DNA from: Macrostomum hystrix
Lineage: Eukaryota > Animalia > Platyhelminthes
Direction of reading: 5' to 3'
Length of the DNA: 64,000 nt
NCBI GenBank assembly: GCA_950097015.1
Contig: CATNEN010000038.1
Coordinates: forward strand, 27,032,001 to 27,096,000
Part shown: positions 34,979 through 45,762 of the stretch, in pieces
Numbering within the stretch: the first letter of the stretch is position 1
How the letters are laid out: each line of letters opens with the position of its first letter
The notes under the pieces: generated by a model
Database searches by the model: none
Told to the model about the DNA's origin: nothing
Seen by the model: only the letters and a program-made list of their open reading frames with translations
Position numbers and translations under genes: made by a program

Positions 34979-36601
34979 CTAAGCAATGACAGTTTTATCC
35001 TGAGTCCAGACGGTGCATCCGGCGCACCTGTAGGTTGCGGCCAACAGCAATGCTCCGACAATGACGGCAGCCGCTGGCCAAGCGATGCAGTGCTCAACCT
35101 GCCGCCTGGTATAGATCAGATGGAGCAGCACCGGCAGCTGGCCAGTGCGAGCCGCCGCGTCTCCTGCTTGAACAGGTCGATAAAAGCAGGCGAATGTGCG
35201 GTTTCGCCTGATGGTCCGGATGAACCGGCGCGTCATCTCGGCGTTCTCGCTGGCCTGCGACAGGCAGGGCGCCGTGCTGCACTGGTAGTTGCGCTGTGAG
35301 AAACGAGATTAGGACAGTGTCTAACATATTTCTATCAGTGTCTAACAGGCTTCTATCCATGTCTAACAGGTTTCTTACTGTGTCTAACAGGTTTCTATCC
35401 GTGTCTAACAGGTTTCTTATTGTGTCTAACAGGTTTCAATCAGTGTCTGACATATTTCTAACAGTGTCTAACATGTGTCTAACATGTGTCCAACAGTGTC
35501 TAACATGTGTCCAACAGTGTCTAACATGTTTCTGACAGTGTCTAACATGCTCCTTACATATTTATTACAGTATCTAACAAGACTTAAAATCTCTAGCATG
35601 TTTCAGAAAGAGTCTAAAAGACATCTATCCGTGTCTAAAATATTTCTAAAAGTGTCTAACAGGGTTCTATCCGTGTCTAACAGGCTTCTTACAGTGTCTA
35701 ATATGTTTCTTACTGTGTCTAACAGGTTTCTATCCGTGTCTAACATGTGTCTAACATGTGTCTAACATGTGTCTAACATGTGTCTAACAGTGTTTAACAG
35801 GTTTCAATCAGTGTGTAACAGGTTTCAATCAGTGTCTTCGATTCTAGCTACAACTTCTGCTTCGATTCTAGCTACAGCTCCTGCTTCGATTCTAGCTACA
35901 GCTCCTGCTTCGATTCTAGCTACAGCTCCTGCTTCGATTCTAGCTACAGCTCCTGCTTCGATTCTAGCTACAGCTCCTGCTTCGATTCTAGCTACAGCTC
36001 CTGCTTCGACTAAAAATCTCTAACAGGTTTCTGAAAGAGTCTAAAATATATCTTTCCGTGTCTAAAATTTTTCTAAAAGTGTCTAAAAGGTGTCTATCTT
36101 TGTCTGAAATATTTCTAAAGCTGTCTAAAAGATTTCTAACATTTTCTTACTGATTTCTAATTCAGTATCTAACACTTATTTCATATTCACTAGGAACTAT
36201 CAGTTAGACATTTCTTAAACAAATAATAAACCAGTGCATATCCAATCAAGCTTTGGCAGACTCACCGAGTCATCGTGCCTATCAACAAAGGTGATGAAGT
36301 GTTCGTACAATAGGCCGGGTCTCTCCTGGCCGCTAACATTCACGCTGATGCCATAGCAGGGGAACATGCTCTTGTCCTTGCTGCAGCGGCTTTCGCAGTG
36401 CTGATTTCCTAGAAACGTCTCAGAAACGTAAGAACACCTGGCCGGCACAAATCTACTCTCGTTAGCGTAGGGATAAATGATTAGCTTCGCTAGGATAATA
36501 CCGACGATGATTCCGCAGACAATTAGAGTTATGCAGGCCAGGAAAATCAATTTTGCCAAGCCGAAAATGTTGCAGAGTCTGTGACAACGCTTCAGTGCCA
36601 T
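34979..36601 (-). CDS. Calcium-activated (BK/Slo) potassium channel beta-subunit-like protein (CaKB/KCNMB-TipE superfamily), 216 aa
   Basis: Exons 36601-36266 and 35293-34979 (phase 0; TCG|GTGAGT ... CTCACAG|CGC). Two TM helices flank a Cys-rich loop (ARCS..CESRC...FPCYGISV...QCSTAPC...FACFY). HCIAWP before TM2 matches the KCNMB HC.FWP motif. Confidence 0.8.
35310..35830. repeat. Degenerate GTGTCTAACAGGTTTC-type satellite
   Basis: Direct reading; lies in the KCNMB-like intron. Confidence 0.9.
35836..36010. repeat. 24-bp minisatellite, reverse-orientation relative of 12050-14060
   Basis: CTGCTTCGATTCTAGC is the reverse complement of GCTAGAATCGAAGCAG. Confidence 0.9.
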
Positions 36602-36839
36602 GGCTGGTGCCTGCTGGTTTAAAAACGTGATTTTTTAATGAAAAAATTGATTTTACTGATAACCTGTGCTGTCATTTTGGTTCTATTCCGACAGAAATGT
36701 CGAGGACAATTATCAGACCATAATTTTTTTTTAAGATTCCCGTCATTTTTGATGCAATTCCGGGTCCTTTTGGTGCGATTCCGGGTCATTTTGGTTCGAT
36801 TCCAAGTCATGGTAAGATACGATTTTGGGAAATTTTGGT

Positions 36840-38022
36840 TTGATTCTAGCTACATCTCCTGCTTCGATTCTAGCTACAACTCATGCTTCGATTCTAACTA
36901 CAACTCCTGCTTCGATTCTAACTAAATCTCCTGCTTCGATTCTAGCTACAACTCATGCTTCGATTCTAGCTACAACTCCTGCTTCGATTCTAGCTACATC
37001 TCCTGCTTCGATTCTAACTACAACTCCTGCTTCGATTCTAACTAAATCTCCTGCTTCGATTCTAACTAAAACTCCTGCTTCGATTCTAACTACATCTCCT
37101 GCTTCGATTCTAACTACAACTCCTGCTTCGATTCTAGCTACATCTCCTGCTTCGATTCTAGCTACAACTCCTGCTTCGATTCTAGCTAAATCTCCTGCTT
37201 CGATTCTAGCAACAGCTCCTGCTTCGATTCTAGCTACAACTCCTGCTTCGATTCTAGCAACAACTCCTGCTTCGATTCTAGCTACAACTCCTGCTTCGAT
37301 TCTAGCTACATCTCCTGCTTTGATTTTAGCTACAACTCCTGCTTCGATTCTAACTACATCTCCTGCTTCGATTCTAACTACAACTCCTGCTTCGATTCTA
37401 ACTAAATCTCCTGCTTCGATTCTAACTAAAACTCCTGCTTCGATTCTAACTACATCTCCTGCTTGGATTCTAACTACAACTCCTGCTTCGATTCTAGCTA
37501 CATCTCCTGCTTCGATTCTAGCTACAACTCCTGCTTCGATTCTAGCTAAATCTCCTGCTTCGATTCTAGCAACAGCTCCTGCTTCGATTCTAGCTACAAC
37601 TCCTGCTTCGATTCTAGCAACAACTCCTGCTTCGATTCTAGCTACAACTCCTGCTTCGATTCTAGCTACATCTCCTGCTTTGATTTTAGCTACAACTCCT
37701 GCTTCGATTCTAACTACATCTCCTGCTTCGATTCTAACTACAACTCCTGCTTCGATTCTAACTAAATCTCCTGCTTCGATTCTAACTAAAACTCCTGCTT
37801 CGATTCTAACTACATCTCCTGCTTGGATTCTAACTACAACTCCTGCTTCGATTCTAGCTACATCTCCTGCTTCGATTCTAGCTACAACTCCTGCTTCGAT
37901 TCTAGCTAAATCTCCTGCTTCGATTCTAGCAACAGCTCCTGCTTCGATTCTAGCTACAACTCCTGCTTGGATTCTAGCTACAACTCCTGCTTCGATTCTA
38001 GCTACAACTCCAGCTTCGATTC
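36840..38022. repeat. 24-bp minisatellite TCCTGCTTCGATTCTAGCTACAAC with a 360-bp higher-order period
   Basis: The lines starting at 37021, 37381 and 37741 are identical (15 monomers per period); explains the PASILATT ORF. Confidence 0.95.
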
Positions 38023-38654
38023 AAATACATAAATAAAATTAATCGGCAGAAGCCTTTAAAAAGGCTTAAAAATTCTATCAGAACCCGATGTTCTTGTAGT
38101 ATATTTCTCTTCCTTCCCTATAAAAAATAGAATTAGAAGATTCGTTTGGGCAAACTAGCAGTTTTGAAGAGCGAGTGGACTGATGGAGAGCCCATTCAGT
38201 TCGCCTCATTTCGGTCTACATCGAGCTTCTCGCAATCTCGCAAAGCGGAAAAATAACGACAAGCAAAAAAACTGCTGAGCAAGTTTTTCCCTCTCTGAGA
38301 TCCCCAGCAATCTCACCTCTGCATTATCTGCCAGCTTTTTTCTTTTCGACTCAACATCCCATTACCCAATCTTGAGGACTCCTGGGCGCGATCCACTTAC
38401 GGAAGCTGAGAACACTCTGAAAACTTCTTGACCCATCCGGTTTAATGTGCCACTCATTTCATCTCAGATTGAACATTTGCCTACCGAATTCGGCCCGTAA
38501 GTGTTTTAGAGTACATTCACTCTATTTTACTGTGAATACTATATGATTTTTCTGGTTGTCCTCAGAATTATATAGAATCTTTCTTTACTATACCCATGCA
38601 GCCTATAATGCAGCACTAGAATTTTTAGATTTTGGCGAAACAAAACTTTTTTAG

Positions 38655-39358
38655 AGCTCATCTGGATGACAGGTGAGAGCTCATACATCTGGATGACAGG
38701 TGAGAGCTCATACATCTGGATGACAGGTGAGAGCTCATACATCTGGATGACAGGTGAGAGCTCATACATCTGGATGACAGGTGAGAGCTCATACATCTGG
38801 ATGACAGGTGAGAGCTCATACATCTGGATGACAGGTGAGGGCTCATACATCTGGATGACAGGTGAGAGCTCATACATCTGCATGACAGGTGAGAGCTCAT
38901 ACATCTGGATGACAGGTGAGAGCTCATACATCTGGATGACAGGTGAGAGCTCATACATCTGCATGACAGGTGAGAGCTCATACATCTGGATGACAGGTGA
39001 GAGTTCATACATCTGGATGACGGGTGAGAGCTCATACATCTGGATGACAGGTGAGAGCTCATACATCTGGATGACAGGTGAGAGCTCATACATCTGGATG
39101 ACAGGTGAGAGCTCATACATCTGCATGACAGGTGAGAGCTCATACATCTGGATGACAGGTGAGAGTTCATACATCTGGATGACGGGTGAGAGCTCATACA
39201 TCTGGATGACAGGTGAGAGCTCATACATCTGGATGACAGGTGAGAGCTCATACATCTGGATGACAGGTGAGAGCTCATACATCTGCATGACAGGTGAGAG
39301 CTCATACATCTGCATGACAGGTGAGAGCTCATCCATCTGGATGACAGGTGAGAGCTCA
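38655..39358. repeat. 27-bp minisatellite GAGCTCATACATCTGGATGACAGGTGA
   Basis: About 26 copies. Confidence 0.97.
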
Positions 39359-40289
39359 TTCGCAATAAAAATCTTTATTTCTTTTTTCCAGTGTTTAGGC
39401 TTCTCGCTTTTTAAAAATTCTGCTTATGAGTACAAAATATTGTGGTGAGTAATGATAAGACTGGGTAATAAGCCATAGGAAAGTCATAAATTTTACCTGA
39501 TTTAACACTAAGCTAATGATTTAAGGTTAACAGAGACTTAACGTTTGCATGCAAATCTTCTAAAGAAGATTACAGAAATGATGATGCATTTGAAAGCAGA
39601 ACCGATGACAGATTAGTCAGAAAAACTGACGAGACATGCAACGGCTAGGCAAAAATACTGAATTTTAGCTGCACGGAAACAAACAATAAGTCCGTGGACT
39701 GGGATATGCGAGGCACATTCAAATCTACCCCAGCCTTTGCTGAAGCAATCAGGAATTAAACATCTGGCGATCTTGCACAAGGAGAGAATTTTGTAATTTT
39801 TTGCTGAGAATCGAACTCCCGACCTGCTGGTCAGAAATTGGAAACTTTTATCCCTTGACTTCGGATGCAAACGCTCTCCATGAGTACATAAATATTTCCA
39901 AAGTTAAATTTCTAAATTTTTTCAAAGTTTTCGAAAGAACTCGGGCAATGTAGTTTTGAATAAAAAGCTTCGAATTTTGTTCAAACTATCTGGTACTAAT
40001 AGTTGTTTCGCTTTTAAAATTTCTGCAACTTTTCTGCCCTTCGCTGTTTATAAAAGCTGAAATACAGTTAAATTACTTCCGATACTCATTTTCAGTGAAA
40101 AAAACGGTTGTCAAACTCGATCCACAATCATCAATTTGAAACCGCAATTTAAAATGAAAACGAATTTAGTGGCAACTCAGGAAATAATAAATGTACTTAG
40201 AACCAGTTTTTTTCAAACTGAAGTATCTCATCCACACATTTTCCTACGTCCTTAACATTAATAATTTAATAATTGATCACACCTGCCCC

Positions 40290-40490
40290 AATAGGGCCAG
40301 ATGTGCAGCCGACAGCACAGCCGCAGCTATCGCTCGGCGCATCTGAAGGCTGCGTACAGTCAGTCCATTCAGTCCATGGACTGGGGGGACGCCACACCCA
40401 CCCTTAATCACAAGAAATAATGCTGGAACACATTCAACAGCTGGGTGAACTGAAGCAATGCAGAGTGAAGTGTTCTTGCTAAAGGACGCA
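40290..40490 (-). mobile_element. SINE family B fragment (CORE-like)
   Basis: Minus strand GTCCTTTAGCAAGAACACTTCACTCTGCATTGCTTCAGTTCACCCAGCTGTTGAATG resembles the CORE domain of MIR-type SINEs; homologous to 23325-23490. Confidence 0.65.
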
Positions 40491-40759
40491 AATTGAATTT
40501 TGTTTAATAAACTGGTATTCATAATTAGAAAATATATAAAATAAATAAAAACAAGCAAAAATCTCACCTTCAGGCGATCGATAAACTATGAATAGTGTGA
40601 AACCTCGCATCTTAAACACTGACGATCTACCGTATAATTATTTACCAGTTCAGGGAGGCTGGGGTGACTTAAAAAACCGTTCGACCAATCAGAAAGTCTT
40701 TAGTTTTTTAGCAGCCTTCTTTCCATCCGTGCTACATAGGCTGACTTCAACTTCCATTC

Positions 40760-41612
40760 GGTCTAACAGATTTCTCTCCCGCCTGACGGATTTATCTACT
40801 GTCTAACAGGTTTCTCTACTGTCTAACAGGTTCTCAACTGTCTAACAGTTTTCTCTACTGTCTAACAGGTTTCTCTACTGTCTAACAGGTTTCTTTACTG
40901 TCTAACGGATTTCTCTTCTGTCTAACAGGTTTCTTTACTGTCTAACAGGTTTCTCTTCTGTCTAACAGGTTTCTCTACTGTCTAACAGGTTTCTCTACTG
41001 TCTAACAGTTTTTCTACTGTCTAACATGTTTCTTTATTGTCTAACAGGTTTCTCTACTGTCTAACAGGTTTCTTTACTGTCTAACAGGTTTCTCTACTGT
41101 CTAACAGGTTTCTTTACTGTCTAACAGGTTTCTCTACTGTCTAACAGGTTTCTTTACTGTCTAACAGGTTTCTCTACTGTCTAACGGATTTCTCTTCTGT
41201 CTAACAGGTTTCTTTACTGTCTAACAGGTTTCTCTAATGTCTAACAGGTTTCTCTACTGTCTAACAGTTTTCTCTACTGTCTAACAGTTTTTCTACTGTC
41301 TAACATGTTTCTTTATTGTCTAACAGGTTTCTCTACTGTCTAACAGGTTTCTTTTCTGTCTAACAGGTTTCTCTACTGTCTAACAGGTTTCTCTTCTGTC
41401 TAACAGGTTTCTCTACTGTCTAACAGGTTTCTTTACTGTCTAACAGGTTTCTCTACTGTCTAACAGGTTTCTTTACTGTCTAACAGGTTTCTTTACTGTC
41501 TAACAGGTTTCTTTACTGTCTAACAGGTTCTCAACTTTCTAACAGGTTTCTCTACTGTCTAACAGGTTTCTCTAGTGTCTAACATGTTCCTTTATTGTCT
41601 AACAGGTTTCTC
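40760..41612. repeat. 20-bp minisatellite TGTCTAACAGGTTTCTCTAC
   Basis: Direct reading. Confidence 0.95.
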
Positions 41613-42224
41613 GTCTGTCATAAAAATGTCATCTGTAACCCACACAGGTGAACAACTAATAGCATGTTTCTATTTGTCTCCAATACTAACAGTAAAAGTA
41701 GATAGCATCGCAGCACGTTGTTAATTATTTAATCTCTTCTGCGACAAAACTGTAATCAAATCAAATCAAATTTGAAATCCGTCTTTGAATTTTCGCTCGA
41801 ATTTCATGCACAATTAAAAATGAATACGGATTCTTCAAAATGATGTCACTCCATGTTTTCATCCTTACTGTCGGATTAAGCATCGTTGTGAAAAATTGAT
41901 CAGACACATCAGTTTTCTAGAATCTCGGAGACTGAGCGTGACTCTGGGCAGATTCCAAGATGAAGCTGCTCAGAGTTTGAGGCAGCTAGTCTTATCGGAT
42001 TTTAATTTGTCTTCAATAAAAAAAGAACATGCCTCGCTTTTCGAAACGATCACTGCCACTTTCACTTCGCTGTCCAGTATTTAATTGAAAAAAAATAATA
42101 TTTTGACTAGATAGTCAGCAAAGAGGAGTGCATATGGAGGCCATTGTGTTGAGATTGCCGACGTCCGGTATTGTTCAAGACTTTCAGAGAACGCAATTTG
42201 CTGATAGTTACTCGAGATTTGTTT

Positions 42225-42560
42225 CTGGAGTGCTCAATTAGTACCTGGAGTGCTCAATGTGTACATGGAGTGTCCAATGAGTACCTGGAGTGCTCAATGT
42301 GTACATGGAGTGTCCAATGAGTACCTGGAGAGCTCAATGTGTACATGGAGTGTCCAATGAGTACCTGGAGTGCTCAATGTGTACATGGAGTGTCCAATGA
42401 GTACCTGGAGAGCTCAATGTGTACATGGAGTGTCCAATGAGTACCTGGAGTGCTCAATGTGTACATGGAGTGTCCAATGAGTACCTGGAGAGCTCAATGT
42501 GTACATGGAGTGTCCAATGAGTACCTGGGAGCTAAATGTGTTCATGGAGTGCTCAATGTG
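42225..42560. repeat. 40-bp (2x20) minisatellite GTACCTGGAGTGCTCAATGTGTACATGGAGTGTCCAATGA
   Basis: About 8 copies. Confidence 0.95.
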
Positions 42561-43364
42561 TATTCTTATTCGATTCAAGATTAGCCTAGCGCCTTGGCTA
42601 AATGACGGTGCGCTCTGATATAAAGTACCGATCGTTACTGGCTCACACACGAAGGAGGAATGCGAATGTCGTCAGATAGCGAGCGCCTGTCACTAAATAC
42701 ACTTGTTGTTGCCAAGCGCCGCTCGCCTGTATCAACTATCGGAAACACAGCCGCTATATAGCAGATGTGCGTGCGGAAAAGTTCTTTGGTAATACAAGTA
42801 GAGGGTGGGGAGCGAGCAACAGAAGGGCGAGATCGAGAGCTGATCTCATCAGCGTCGGTTTGGGGTGGGGGAAAGGCAAACCTCACCTCAGCCGGCGCGT
42901 GAGTAGAGACAGACGGACTAAGAGCACGGGAGATAAAAGAAAGTGAAAGCTTTACAGGCGGTAGCAGAGAGCTGTAGATTTAGCCTACCCTTTACCCAGA
43001 TCATTCGGCCCTGTCGTTTCTCGATCTCTTTCGAGCACTCTCGAGGGACCAACTAAAGGGGAAGCGATGGGCCAGGGGTGGGCAGAAGTTAGAGAAGTGA
43101 AGAGATAGCGCCGACTTTGTGAGGCAGAAGTGTGGTTAAGTATCGAGTGACTATCCAACACGCCAGTCCCCCGTCATCACCATCTGCAACCCTCACAATC
43201 TCAGTAGATTAAACACTAGCTTAGCCTGCCGCTCGTAATTTATCAAATTCAGCTAATGAAATTCGGAAAACTGACTTACTCTGGTCTCTAAGGACTCAGA
43301 GTTTAAATTTGTACTATGCTCTGTGACAGACGGTAATAAAGTATGTTGAAATGACCGCTATTGT

Positions 43365-44270
43365 TCTGTTGTAGTGATGTAGCTTTCTTTGACAAAGACT
43401 GGGATGCTTTGGCAATAAAGTATGTTGCAGTGACGGTGCTTGCTTTGACAGACTGCAATAAAGTTTGTTGCAGTGACGGTGCTTTCTTGGACAAAGACTG
43501 CAATAAAGTCAGTTGCAGTGACTGTGCTTTCTTCGACAAAGATTGCAATAAAGTTTGTTGCAGTGACGGTGCTTTCTTGGACAAAGACTGCAATAAAGTC
43601 AGTTGCAGTGACTGTGCTTTCTTCGACAAAGACTGCAATAAAGTCAGTTGCAGTGACGGTGCTTTCTTGGACAAAGACTGCAATAAAGTCAGTTGCAGTG
43701 ACGGTGCTTTCTTTGACAGACTGCAATAAAGTTTGTTGCAGTGACGGTGCTTTCTTGGACAAAGACTGCAATAAAGTCAGTTGCAGTGACTGTGCTTTCT
43801 TCGACAAAGACTGCAATAAAGTCAGTTGCAGTGACGGTGCTTTCTTGGACAAAGACTGCAATAAAGTCAGTTGCAGTGACAGTGCTTTCTTTGACAGACT
43901 GCAATAAAGTTTGTTGCAGTGACTGTGCTTTTTTGGACAAAGACTGCAATAAAGTCAGTTGCAGTGACTGTGCTTTCTTCGACAAAGACTGCAATAAAGT
44001 TAGTTGCAGTGACGGTGCTTTCTTGGACAAAGACTGCAATAAAGTAAGTTGCAGTGACGGTGCTTTCTTCGACAAAGACTGCAACAAAGTTAATTGCAGT
44101 GACGGTGCTTTCTTCGACAAAGACTGCAACAAAGTTAATTGCAGTGACGGTGCTTTCTTCGACAAAGACTGCAACAAAGTTAATTGCAGTGACGGTGCTT
44201 TCTTCGACAAAGACTGCAACAAAGTTAATTGCAGTGACGGTGCTTTCTTCGACAAAGACTGCAACAAAGT
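43365..44270. repeat. 45-bp minisatellite TTGCAGTGACGGTGCTTTCTTGGACAAAGACTGCAATAAAGTCAG
   Basis: About 20 copies; each monomer has an internal inverted repeat TTGCAGT/ACTGCAA. Confidence 0.95.
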
Positions 44271-44904
44271 CGTCAAAGGGTACGGAAGTAAAGACGTGTA
44301 GCAAGGCATGACATGTTCTACAGTACTACAAATTAGAAGGAATTAGAAAAGGCAACAAATATATATCTTAGTCCTTTATAACCAACTAAAGAGAGTTCTA
44401 GATCTTAAACAGTCCATTGTCTTCAAATTATATTCTTAACAATTCAAATGTTCTTGAGCACAACAATAAGGAACAATGCGTTCATTCCTTTGGGCGCAAA
44501 TCAAATCAAATCGAATAAAAATCTGAATGAAATGTGCATAGCCATCATGTGGTTATAAACTTATGCTTGTTGTAGACAAGACAAACGCACTTATACGGAT
44601 AAGCTTAATGGATCTTGTGTACCCACTTGCCACTCGTTAAATATGGAAGAAACTAGAAGCTTTAAACAACGAAACAGCGTGCTAAATGTACTTCTAAACA
44701 GGCTTAGACGATGCATTATTAGAAGCACCAATATTAGAAAGAGGACAGTTAACACGGCATAACAGAATCAGACCATAATTTAATTGGTATAGTGGCTTTT
44801 CAATTATTACCTTGGTCAAGAAAGAATAAATAATGAAGAAGTTATTTCATTGGATGGAGCATATAAGCAACTATTAGTGAAGTGAACAGTTAATATTAGC
44901 GGGA

Positions 44905-45400
44905 TTTCTCACCTGCAGCATTATCTATGGGCAAGTGTACAGCGAATTCCCCCCCAGCATTATCTATGGGCAAGTGTACAGCGAATTTCTCCCCCCCAGC
45001 ATTATCTATGGGCAAGTGTACAGCGAATTTCTCCCCCCAGCATTATCTATGGGCAAGTGTACAGCGAATTTCTCCCCCCCCAGCATTATCTATGGGCAAG
45101 TGTACAGCGAATTCCCCCCGAGCATTATCTATGGGAAAGTATACAGCGAATTTCACACCCCAGCACTATCTATGGGCAAGTGTACAGCGAATTTCTCACC
45201 CCAGCACTATCTATGGACAAGTGTACAGCGAATTTCTCACCCCAGCACTATCTATGGACAAGTGTACAGCGAATTTCTCACCCCAGCACTATCTATGGAC
45301 AAGTGTACACGAAGTTCTCACCTGTAGCATTATCTATGGGCAGTGTACATCTCACCTTGACTTTCTTACCTCCATTATTATCTATGGGCATTCTGCAGCG
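44905..45400. repeat. ~41-bp minisatellite CAGCATTATCTATGGGCAAGTGTACAGCGAATTTCTCCCC
   Basis: About 11 copies. Confidence 0.95.
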
Positions 45401-45762
45401 AACATTTCACATTGTCTCCATCCAGTGAAGTACAGATAAGGATACCAATAGTTTGACTATGACATGGTTCAATTAAATAATTTTAATTATCTTAAATTCA
45501 TTAAGTAAAGAAACTAGAGTAGGCTAAAGCTGATTTGGACTCAAGCACACAATATCTAATTTAGATTCAAATCTGGACTGAAGTGTTGCTCGTTATTATT
45601 TAAGTTGAATCTAGACATTTTTTTGTTCTACGACGACACAATAACCAGATTTGAATCGTTAAAACAAAAAAGAGAATGTCGATTGCGACACAAGCAAGCA
45701 AGCTTAAAGTACTTATATCAATTGTTTAATTTTCTCAGCCCGTCCTTTGTCAAGGTTGTCTC

